Shown here one piece after another: positions 26,402-38,639 of a stretch of 64,000 bases of DNA (position 1 is the stretch's first letter; every line of letters begins with the position of its first letter). The stretch lies in NCBI GenBank assembly GCA_023213395.1, contig CM041465.1, positions 50,909,741-50,973,740 on the forward strand, in the 5' to 3' direction. The translations under genes were made by a program, and so were the position numbers. The DNA comes from Cycas panzhihuaensis. Taxonomy: Eukaryota > Plantae > Cycadophyta. The notes under the pieces are model-generated. The model was not told the origin of the DNA, made no database searches, and saw nothing but the letters and a program-made list of their open reading frames with translations.

Positions 26402-28869
26402 GGGCTTTATATCATCTATATATGATTTCAATCAACTTTATTTTGCCCCATAATCTTGGCCACATATCACTATTACATTTAGGTTTTGACTCATCAAATT
26501 CCTTCTCAAATTGGTTCATGTATTAGCTCATACTAACTATTTTATTAGCTTAATTAGTGGCTCAATTGGCTCATGCATAGGCTTTAATCTGCGTCATAAG
26601 ATCTTTCATAATATATATTTGATACCATGTAATAATTTAGAATTTTACTCTGATACCATATTTGAATGTACTTATGATGCATAGTGAAAGTATATAAAAC
26701 ATATATAATATATCAATTATATCATAAGGAATGTATATAATTTATGTAATATAAGATCCATATATCAAGCAATAATATAAAATATAAAGTATAAACATAA
26801 GAAATATGATAAAGTATCACCATAAGAGAAAATATATTTATACATGAAAAACTTGATGTGAAAATATTTATGGGAAAAGGTTGGAGTTGGGAGCTCCTTT
26901 TTATGATCTTTAAATACTATATCTCCAAGTTAATCCTTCTTCTCTCAAATTCTCAAGTGGTGTGTATACATATTTATAGATATATCACCTCATAAATAAC
27001 CTATAATATTTGTTGAATTGTCTTATAATGCAATATGATACTTAGATGGATAATCATATATATCACATTTATCAATGCTTTTTGTGAGTGGGATTTTATA
27101 TGGGTCTAATACTTTATATTAAATATTAAATATGTAAAAATATCATATATTATAATATTAATAGAATATATTAGTATTAATAATGGTTGCCCATAAGTCA
27201 TAAAACCCAAGGTAGTACAATTTATTATTAAATTATAAGATTCTTTTGAGAACTTTATAGGATAAGAGATGGAAAAGTAAACTCCTTATGAATTCATTAA
27301 ATTATAGTAGTTTTATAAATGTTACTACTATAGTGGAATTGATGATATGATGATTTTATAGTACATGTATATAGTTAGATAAATAGACCAAGTTGTTATT
27401 TGAAAGTTTTTTATAAACCATGCACATGAAATACTTCCTTATAAATTAACAATTGTAGAGGTTGACTACCCATGCATTTCGATAGATAGTTATAATTTTA
27501 TTTAGATGTTAATATATTAGTATATTAGTGAAGTGTATTTATAAGTATTTTGTAATTTTTCTAATGATCTTTACTTATATGAAGTAGAGTAAATTTATAA
27601 GTATTTTATAATTTTAAGTGATGACATTTGTTGCATAAAATATAAAGATAAGTAATGACTTGAAGACTTATCTAGGAGCCAAAGATAATGATATACCTGC
27701 TTATTTAAAGACTTTCTAGTAGTAAGTATATGAAGATGATGATGAAATTTTATGACATTTTTTTCCCCCCTATAGTTAACATTAAAGGGGAGTGTTAGAA
27801 ATGTAGTGTTGTCTAGTGGTTACAATATGATAAAATCATTAGATAATACTCTCACATATTTATGAATATTTAAGTACTGTTAAATGCTACGTAAATGCTC
27901 ATTTAAATTATTACAAAGTTATTATAAGACTTAAAAGTTCTCATACATTATCTTATTAGTGGATATTTGGTGAAACATCATTGGTCTTTAATGAGGTTAC
28001 CTATTTAAATAAAAGGGAAAGACTTACTTATGGATAGTTATGTAGATACCTACTTCTTCTAGGTGGAGACTAGTGTATTTACATCATCAAGATTATTGTG
28101 TACATCATTTAATATTAATGAGATCCTATATATATTATAAAGTAGTTTTCCCTCTAATACGTTTTTCACAATAAATCTTGTGTCTCAATATTGATTAATT
28201 GATTCATATTATATTGTTATGTATTGATGATTTTTATATCAATAATTTGTCCTATCCATGATCCTATAATACCTCCATTTCTTAAAATTTGATTAGGTTC
28301 AGTCAAGTTTTTTAAACACAATGATAATGATAATTATTAGCATGTTTAATTTTTCTAACATGTCATTTTCCATCTAATTTAATAGCTATTCAATAATATA
28401 ATTAGCTTTGCTTCCATATGAGCATGATAAATAACATATGGTTTTTATTATTCAAGTATATACCTTTAAAAAGTATTTTTTTAGAGGAGATGTGCAAAAT
28501 ATTATAAGTAATTTAAATGTGATAATATACCTAATAGCCCTTGAGAGTACAAAAAACTATAAGCTATAACATAATAGTTTGTGATTTGATTTATGGTGCA
28601 TAACTTTGAGTATTAGCTATGCTTAACTAAGATAGTAGTATGTTGTATGTTTTCTAAATTGACCTTGTGACCTTTGAGTTTTAGTTATGAAACTAAGCAT
28701 GTATTCTTTTCGAGGGTTTTACTTAATGGATGAATAACTATAGAATATAACAAATTAGCATAAAGCCTACTACCTAAATTATTTATGCTTTCTTGATCTA
28801 ATCCTCTATATTTGGAAGGATGATTTATCCAAGTATACAACTTTTTAGGGGAGTGCACTTGATGGATAA

Positions 28870-31800
28870 ATATAGAAGTTAATAGAGATGAGAGCAAAGT
28901 GATGAACATAAGTACTTAAGCCATATTAATAATCATATGTATGTTTAATACATTATACTCAATCTATATTACTCAAAGGTCATAAATTTAAAAATGTCAT
29001 GGTGTTAAAGAACATCGAGGGTTTTGGACACAAGGATTAAATATTCAGGAGGAGGGTGGAAGCCTTCCTCAACCTTGAATTTAAAATAATATAAAAAATA
29101 AATGATTTATAATAAAATAATATTACCTTGACTTGCCATAATGGCTATGTTGGAATTCACACTCCTAATATAATGTTAGATGATGAATATCAATCCTAAC
29201 TTTCTCCCCCTTAATATTCATTATATACATCTTTAACTTTTCTTTGAACTTGTGATACTTGTACTTTAGGAAAACTTTGAACACATATCCTTTAGCTTTA
29301 TCATCATCTTTGAAGTGATCATCAATTTACATTATTATCCTTTAAATAAGGTGTGTCTTAAGTGGTTTCCATATAGGTGTGGCTTGATTCAAATGAGTAG
29401 AAGTGGCTTTGTCAAGATCTTTATCTTTTCTGTTAATCAGGTCCAAGGTACATACAGCTTTATCAAATGCAACATTGGAGTCATCAACATTAGCTAATTC
29501 AACAATGTTCACCTACTCTAACATCTATCTCATATGAAAAACATCATCAATATAGTTATTTTAATTTAATTCTAAAGTATCTCCCATATAAATTAATTAT
29601 AAGGTATCCCATGCAGATTTGGAAGTGGTCATTTCACTAACACTAGTGAACATAATGTCATCTATTATACAAAATATTAGGACTAAGGCCTCATTATCCT
29701 TTTATATATTTTTTTTAAATATTTGTTCTTCCTCTAAAGTTGAAGTGACACTTAAATCATGATAACCATCACTCACATAATTCCACAAATTTTTAGAGAT
29801 AAAGAGTGTTTTCATCAAAATTTTCTAAGAAAAAAAACAAGTGCTATTAAATATGGTAATCATCATGTCATCTAGATAGGTTGTCATTATAAGAGACTTT
29901 AATACATAATCTAAAAATATAGTTTTAATGAACAAATAAGAATTCTTTTATCTTCAAATGAATAAATAACTTGAAATATGCAATAAATCTATTTTCATAA
30001 GACCATTCAATAAAATTCTAACATAAATTCCTTCTTAATTAGTGAAAGATAACTTAACAATAACAGGAATATGTAACTTTTTAAATTAAAAAAGAATGAA
30101 TGCAATTTTACTTAATAAGATATGATTCTTTTTTAAATAAATAATAGAAAAAGAAATTAACAATGAAAGTAAGATGTATCCTTTCAAATTAAAAATAAAA
30201 AATGCTCCTTTTGAAAAAGATATGCAAATGAAATAAACAAGTTTTTAATGATTCTAAGTGTACCTTGATATCATGAAATAAACTAATACACCTTGAAATA
30301 CTTTTGAGAGCTAAAATTAAGTAAAATGAATCTTCTATTCGTTTCACTATATTGATGAAACTATTAAGAATAAATAAACAACAAACATTCTTCTATATGA
30401 GCTCTTTTAAATAAAAAAGAATGTAGGGTATTGTTATGAAAGTGATCCTAAAATATGTTGCTTTGTATATATGCTTGAAAGATGCAAAAAATAAATTTAA
30501 ATAAGTAGAAAATATTCCTTAAAAGAGTTTTAGAATCAAGTTTATAATCTAAAATATAAAGTGATAACTTCATAATATGGTTGTAAGGTGTTTGAGTGCA
30601 TCAGTTTAAGGTTTTTATTACCAAAAGAGCTCCTTCCCTTCAAGAGGCCAAAGTAGTGATAAATGGTTATAAAAATCAATTATGAGCCTCTAAAATAGAC
30701 AAAAAAAATATCAAGAATAGCTTAGTAGCTCAACATCAAGTAAATGAACTGAGTTAGAATGAAAATTTACTAGAAATATTTAAGAATATGCCAAACTAGG
30801 ATCAAATAGGAGCCTTGACTTTACTAGTTTTAAAACCCTAAAAAATAATATTAAATCTCCTTAAAAACTACTTCAATGTATAGAGAATTGAAATACCTTT
30901 CCAACAAATCCAGTCGTTCAAAGAATAGAGTCTTGGATCAAAAGTTATAAAGAAAATAGTGTATGAACCCTTTTAGGTAATCAAATCAAGAAAGGGAGAG
31001 TTAAGCCTCTCAGTCGAGAAGCCCCTAGTCATGTAGGGGCCAATGTGACCAACCACTTGCTGATGGAGGAGGCTAGCAGACTTTAAAAAATTATAAAAGG
31101 AGTTAATTTCCTTAAAACTAAAAATTGTAAAAAATAACTAATAAACTTTTAAAATCTGCCCCTTATTAGATTAAATCACAGTCATATGGACTTAGTGTGA
31201 CAAAAAAACAAAAAATGAAGGGGGCTATACTCAAAATCACACTCATATTTGAAAAATAAATCAAATTTAATTTAATTTTTTAGAAACTTTAGAAAAAAAA
31301 TTTTATTTCAATCAAATTTTACTACCCATTAATTGACAACTATGCAGGCAAGCAGAGGATTAAATCATCACAGAAATTGATTAAATTTTGATTAAGATCT
31401 TAAATACAGAGGCACCAAGAGATCAATCATATATATGTATATATATTTTAAAAAAAAAAAACTTTTAAATAAAAGAAAAAAAACTATTATCAATGGCGAT
31501 CAATGGTAAATAATGGAGTAGATTTCTTGGAGATATATATAAAGTATATCAATAATTTTTTTTTTTTAAATATAAAAGGAAAATAATACCAATCGAAAAT
31601 CAACATAGCTATCTTATGGATTGGAGAAAGAAAGGTGAGCAATGATTCACTTGTGAGCTTAAATAATACCTCAAATCAATCGAAACATAGCCAAATTAGG
31701 CATAAAATATATGATTTGATCATAAATTTTCAAGATCTTCATATTGAAACCTCACCTTTCAATGATCCAGACTAGTACCTCATGATACCTCAAAGCCTTC

Positions 31801-32763
31801 ATGTAATATGAGATCCATGTATTTCTCCATTTTAGGCATTCCCACTCCACAGAAGATGATGTGCAAAGGTCCCTAAATAGTAAACAATAATAGTGAGAAA
31901 GGATTGAAGGATAAAAAAAAAAAAAGAATAGGATCAATCATGCTAGCAACAGGGTTTTACACCATACAGGAGGTAATAGGCTTTTATGCCATACAAGGAG
32001 AAAGTAAATGAAGAGTTTAGGAGGGTTGTGATGGTAAAACAAAGGTGATGAGGTAAACAGTAATGATGACATAAAGACTTAGCAGTACCGTGAAGGGTGC
32101 CTTATATCCACAGCCTACCAGACTAGCACAGGAATCCAGTAAGAGGAATAAAGTTTGAAACATGTACAAATAGAGAGAAGACAACGAGTAAACAAACTAC
32201 TCATTTAGTAAACAGTCTCAAATAGGGTCTCATTTCTCCATAATAGAACTAAGTAGGGACACGTGTAACACCTCATAGTCCACAAGATTTTTTTTAAACT
32301 AATCTTCTAATGTGATCTACTTTGATGAAGAATATTAGAGAAATACTTCAAAAATATATAAATTTATATATATAATATAAAAAAGCCAGTAAAGTGGAAG
32401 TGACCAATATGTAAAGGGATGACTTCTATGAGTGAGATCTCCTTTTAGAGGAGACAAAACTTCAAACCATTTTCTTTAGTGAGTAGATGAGTCTGCCAAG
32501 AGTCCAATGAGTAGTCATATACCATACTTTTGTTGAGCATATGCAGAGTTAGAAGCTATGCAATTAGGTTTGATCTGATAGGGTTTTAGCCCTAAGGATT
32601 AAATATTTGAGAGGAAGGTGGGAGCCCTCCTCAACCTTGAATTCAAAATAATATAAAAAATAAACAAGTTATAATAAAATAATATTATCTTAACTTACCA
32701 TAACGACTATGTTGGTGTGCACACTCCCAATGTAATGTTAGGTGATGAATATTAATCTTAACA
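28870..32763 (-). mobile_element. E7: third gag-only family member; 5' LTR truncated, PBS lost
   Basis: 3' LTR ~28870-29201 with PPT 29202-29212; partial 5' LTR ~32580-32763. LTR and internal block 30620-30950 are homologous to E3 (5730-6060). Left boundary is approximate. Confidence 0.8.
29202..29887 (-). pseudogene. gag: Short copia Gag-derived ORF of E7
   Basis: MTTYLDDMMITIFNST...MKTLFISKNLWNYVSDGY...KDNEALVLIFCIIDDIMF...SKSAWDTL...KVFLKYKYHKFKEKLKMYIMNIKGE, with frameshifts and stops. Confidence 0.8.
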
Positions 32764-32989
32764 ATGAATAGCTATAGAGTTGTAACAAATTAGCATAAAG
32801 CTTGTTACCTAAATTATTTATGCTTTCTTAATCTAATCCTCCTAAGCATGATTTATCAAATCTATAACGTCATACTACTATTATTATCACATAGATGGGG
32901 TGTTTAATTTAAGTAGAAAGCCATTAAAACTACTCTCAATGATTTGTAATACTTTTACAAAAACAAACAATCAAATTACAAAGAGAGTG

Positions 32990-35900
32990 CTTCTAAGCAA
33001 TAATTTCTTTTCTTTCATGGCAAAGATGGCATTGAAGAGAGCATAAAAATTTGTTCTAAAAATTTATAACAAAGTGAGTCTTCTTCCTTGACTATGATAT
33101 CTCTTAATTAATAAGAAGTTATTAATGTTATATACAAGGTTTATTCTAGGACTTTAATTTATCACTAAAGCCTAAATGACTAAGGAAAAATTATTTAAAC
33201 TCATACTTTTCCAACAATTCAAGTCTTGAATACTTCACTTTTAGATTAAAACATATTTTGGCATCATAGATTTGGACATCTTATTTATGGAGGTACATGC
33301 ATATTTTTTATTATAACTTTGCAACCAAAAGTTTGATTTATGAATCGTTTAAACCATTGGAATCCTTATTTAGAGTTGGTTATTTTGACATTTAATCTGT
33401 AGCATTTTGAAGTTGTTTTCATTGCAAATTTTTTAGTTAAAATTAATACTTTTTTTTTAAATCTTAGAAGGTAACCAATAAAGTAAAATTTTTAATGAAT
33501 ATTTGATGATCATCTTAATGTATATTTGAGAAATATTTTTAAGATTTATTGAATTCAGAATGATGGTTGAAAGACAAAGTAATTAGAATTTATAAATTCT
33601 TTATTTAGATAATAGAGGGGAGTTTATCTTAAATAATTTTAGAGATTTTTGATATAAAGTTAGAATAATAAGACAATTTACTACTCCATACATACCTCAG
33701 TAAAATGGAGTTATTAAAAGAAAAATCAAAATAATTATAAAAATGGTAAGATACATGCTTAAGTCAAAATAACTCAATGATGAATATTAGGATAAAGAAG
33801 TAAACATTATTATTTATCTACTGAACAAAAGTCCTAGAAAAGCAATATAAGACTTAACTCTTGAAGATTGTTGGAATGGTCATAAACTAGATGTTTCTCA
33901 CTTGAATTTTTTTTTTATTATGTTTCTTATGCACATACTTTTTACGAAAAAAGAATGAAGTTAGAAAATAAAAGTGTCAAATGCATTTTTATAGACTACT
34001 CAAATAAACAAAAACCCTATAGGCTATTTTATCAAATAGTAAAGAAGTTATTTTTAAGTAAAGATATGATCTTTGATGAAAATGTAATATTCAAACTTGA
34101 AGAAGATAAAAGAAAATAAGTCATAGTTGAAGTTAATACAAAACCAATTCAAACTTCATCTTCACCAATTCTATGTTCAAGCTCAAATTAGAATTTAAAT
34201 TCATCTCCTAGTTCATCATCCAACCCAAGTCAAGAATAAGTTATAGGTCTAAAATAACTCATTAGAAGTCATAATCCTAAAGTAATACTTAATAGAAATT
34301 TTAACAAAAGGTTGATAAGATCTTAAACAAGAGTTTATTTTATATTAATGACTCAAGTAATGAAAAATGATAATCTTTATTTTTTTAAAGAAGTTGTTAA
34401 AAATGAAAATCGGATTAGAATACTAAAAAATTACACTTTTTTACCTATCAAAATCACTTTGACAAATTTTACTGATTAAAATTTATACCATGCAATTTTC
34501 AAAGCATGCCTTATAATCATTTGTTTTGACTGTCTCGAAGTGCTCTTTCCAATGCAATTGATGACACCTTGATTTAACATGTTAGTGTAAAGTTAGAGTC
34601 AAAACAGTAATAATATGTTATTAAAAAAATGAACAAGACTTAGGAAAATTCATTAGCCCCCTTCATTGGAGCTCCTAATCGTATTGATTAACTCACATGA
34701 TCTCCTACTACTTTCATAAAGGGGTTTATAGACTTCAAACATTTATCTAATCTAATTAAATTAAGCTAAACTACTATAAAGGTTTTTATTGTAAGATCAA
34801 AAAAACCCTCCTCTTCACGTATAAATGGTGATGAACTAGATCATCAAATTCGATCAAATAACATAAGAAACACATTGAAATCACCCATAAAATCTTTGGA
34901 TGCTTTCTCTTCTCGGTCAAGTGTAAACATCTCTTATCTCCAACAATAGTTAAGTATCTCTTCTCTTTAGTTGTCTACATTCTCCATAGGTAAGTAGGCA
35001 TGTGGGTCATTCCATGTAATCTCCATCACATGGTAAGAGCATCTCCTTCTTAATTATGGGCATCATTCTTTCACACAAAGACCATTATCTTCATTGCTAA
35101 GTATGACTTTCTATGCATGGGCAAATCATCTCATATGGCTCCTTTTGTTAATGGTTGGCAGCTACCAATAAGCATTTTTTCCATAGTTGGAGTCTCTCTG
35201 ACATATGGTATGGGCACTTCATCTTTGATATCTCTTCATTGGACAAATTTGTTACCCTAAGGCTAGAGATTTATCTCCTTTGGTAAGTGCTTCCATAGAC
35301 TACTATCTACGTAGGTCCTTTTATTTCTATTTGTATCCTTTTCATGGTGGGTGATTCAATGTAAACCCTATAGATAGTCATGGTAGTCGTTTCTTTTTTA
35401 AATCCTTGGGAACTACTTCCTTCATCCTTAATCATGCTTTGTTCATTATCCATAGTGAACAACTATATAACATGCAATCACCTTATTTTTTGTGATCTAT
35501 GTTTACATAGGGGCTTCTATGAATGTAACTCATATTTATTAATGGTTAGCCTACCATCTTCCATGCACTATTCTCTACCTCCACAAACACCTACTTAGGG
35601 CTTCCATGTATGGTGGGCTTTCTTTCCATAAACAGTTTTTCTACGAGCTCTCAACTGGGAATCTCTTCTATACATTCATCAATAGATAGTTAACACCACC
35701 ATGAATGCCTCTTTATCTTTATATAACTAGCCAATTAGCAATCTTTTCTCCAAGGCTAGGGCTTTTCCATAAACCCTACATAATCTCCAATGAACAACCA
35801 TGGTATTTCATGTTCTTAACTAGGGTTTCATGGATAGTTATTCTTCATGGTAAGCGACCATGCTCTACACCATTACGTAGCTAAAAATAGAGGAAAGAGG

Positions 35901-38625
35901 AACCAAACGATGTCAAATGAAGGATAAATGAGACTAAATAGGCTCCCCAATTATGACGTATCAATGAGTTAGAAAACTAAACAACATCTCATTTGCATGG
36001 TGGTACAACATGCAAATTGAAAAAGCAATGAGGATTCAACTCAAACATAGTCAAACTAGACCAAAACAACCACAATGTAACCATTGCTCCCTCATGTAAG
36101 CTTATATCAATCATTAATGAGGAAAAATATACTTGCCAAATATACATCACTAGACTAATAAAGAACATGGCTCCATATTCACAACATAAATCATATTACG
36201 TCATAAGTATTTATCATATTTAGTCATCATGCCATCAAATTACAATTGATATACCTTCATCATGTGGCATATGATATCATGCATGTCTCTCACATGCATC
36301 TAGCCATATACCTATCCTTTTGTTCACATAAGAAAACATCACAACAACATCTATTATTACCAATATACCTAATCTTATTATCAAATATATAAAGGGTATC
36401 ATAAAGTTGATTCTCTCATCATAAGTAGACTATCCATTTCACATCATTAAGTACTAGCTCACCATATCAACTTGTCGTATCTATCATAATATGATGAAAC
36501 TCTATACCACTCCAAGCAACCTCAAATCTCTCAACAACAAACACTATTACAAAAAATACCACTATAAGAAAGAAAAACCATAAACTAATAAACAAAATTC
36601 CATCTGGGTAAGAGAGATATTAGCAATTATCAATTGATATGCTATTAAACCTAAGGTCTATTAAGGTGATCAATCTCATATAGCCTTAATTATATTTACA
36701 AGGGATAGATTTATAAATTTAAACTCAAGTAGTTTATGTTCACCATATTCAATGGATTCCCCTAGAACCTCTTCCTATACTAGCAACAATAGTTAAATAT
36801 AGATGTCATTTTGGTCTTCTCTAACTACTCTATCCTTTAATAGCTAGTAAACTGCAATTGCATGCAATAGGCTCTCTTCCTACATAATTAGGAAAATTGT
36901 GTGTACAACATTCTAAATAAATATCCATAAATAATAAATAAATAACATACCATATGGCTCTTATAATACTTGTCTTCATATGGGTTTTAACTTGTATGTG
37001 GCTCTTATCATGCCCTAATCTAGTCACATCTTAGAGGTATAACCTCTAGCAAATCATTGACTCATTAAACCCTTCTTCAATAAGGTCCTTGTATAGGCTC
37101 ATATTGACTTTGTCATTTAACATTGACTTAATAATAGCTTTCTTATATCTGCTACATAGCTCTAATGACACCAACATGCTTCAAGTGCACCTCCTCAATG
37201 CTCATCCAATCTACAGTAAAATATTATGTGATAAACTTGTATATATAAGCTCTATATTAATATGGCCAACAACCTATCTAAAAAAATGTTCTCCACATTT
37301 AAATCTTAAATTATTAGCTCTAATACCAAATATTAAATCATGGTATAAGAAAACACCTTCTCATACTACCTGCAAGACATACTAGCCAATCACAAGTCTA
37401 CGATTCATAACAATATTACAATGTTATATTAAATATAAATATATCATCATAAGGATATATATACAAATATTATACAAATTAAGATAAATATAAGAACATA
37501 CATAAACATCACCACAAGACTCTAGATATAAACATGAAAAACCCAAATGAAGGAAAAACCACAAGAGAAGGTTGGAGTCTATCTTCACTCTATTAATTGT
37601 ATAATAAAGTTACTCCTTCCACTGTCAAGATTCTCAAGTGTGTATATACATATTTATAGGATAATCCACCTTATAATCAGCCTATCATAATATAAAGTGT
37701 TTACACCTTTCAATAGGAGGTTACCATTAATAATTATGTATTTGTCACTTTGACCAATATTATAATCATATGGGACATAATAAACATTAACCAAATATAA
37801 CAAACTCCACATTCTAATAATATGTAATAAATTTAACTTCAAGATTCATGTTAGAACCTAAAGAAGAACATTGATATGTAATAAAAAGAATTGACATATA
37901 TATTAACAGAACACTAAATTATCGATTATAATATACTTTTTTAAATGAATTCAAATTAGTTGATTATTTAGATACAAATTAGGTAAGAGATATTAAAGAT
38001 TAAAAAGCTATTTTAGGATATGTATTCAACATTGGTCTAACATCAATATACTAAAATATAAAGAAACAACCAATAGTTTCTTTATCTATAGTAGAAGTCA
38101 AGTACAAAGTAGTTGAAACAATAACAAGAGAAGCAATGTGTATCAAAAGAATTCTATAAGATCTACATCAACCTCAATATAAACTAAAAGCTATCTTCTG
38201 TAATAATCAAAGTATAATTTAGATAACCAAGAATTTAGATATACATAACAAAATAAAGCATATTAAAATTAAACACCATTACATCAAAGAATTAACCCAA
38301 TATTAGTAAATTAAACTTCAATTTTGTAAGACAAAATACAAAGTTATAGATATTCTCACTAAAACATTTTCAACGTAGAGAAAATCTTGGTATACTTCCA
38401 AATATATATTATGGGGTAGTATTAGAATATAATGTATATTTTTCATATGAAATATAATTAGTTAAGTAAAAGGTAATATATAATTAGTCAACATAAAGGT
38501 TAAATATTATTAGATATAAGTGAGACAAATGGATCTACATATGCCTACAACATGACTATATAGAAATATTATGATGTTGTTTTATTATTCCTAAGTAATA
38601 ATATGTTTTGGTTAATTTTTTAACA
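32990..38625 (+). mobile_element. E9: heavily degenerate Ty1/copia (knuckle, IN, partial RT, RNase H, PPT, 3' LTR)
   Basis: FWHHRFGHL (~33257); integrase remnants 33400-34080; RT resumes at 37820 (NLTSRFMLEPKEEH*YVIKRI); RNase H (EVKYK, FCNNQS, KHIKIKHHYIKE) to ~38400; PPT 38411-38419; putative 3' LTR 38420-38625. No 5' LTR recognised. Confidence 0.8.
34430..37819 (-). mobile_element. E11: truncated LTR element (5' LTR + PBS + leader) inside the E9 RT, with deletion
   Basis: PBS GCTCTAATACCA 37317-37328; LTR 37331-37819 shares motifs with the E2/E8 LTRs. No second LTR found, and the central RT of E9 is missing. Left boundary is approximate. Confidence 0.65.
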
Positions 38626-38639
38626 TGATTAAGTATTTT

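Larger units (their letters stand above)
3688..27157 (-). mobile_element. E2: non-autonomous LTR retrotransposon nested in E1, related to E1/E8
   Basis: 3' LTR 3688-3773 + 7053-7486 (split by E3) aligns with 5' LTR 26628-27157. PBS (TTTGATACCA on + strand) ends at 26627; PPT at 7487-7495; TSD GTAAT/TTAAT. Internal 7490-8710 is homologous to E8 internal sequence. Confidence 0.85.
1664..28287 (+). mobile_element. E1: outermost non-autonomous copia-type LTR retrotransposon (host of nested cluster)
   Basis: 5' LTR 1664-2150 (TGTTAGG...CCTAACA) aligns along its length with 3' LTR 27793-28287. Degenerate PBS TAGTATCAAATC at 2151-2162; PPT AAAGGGGAG just before 27793. Flanks TTCAA/TTTGA are both derivable from a TTCGA TSD. 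No intact ORF. Confidence 0.85.
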
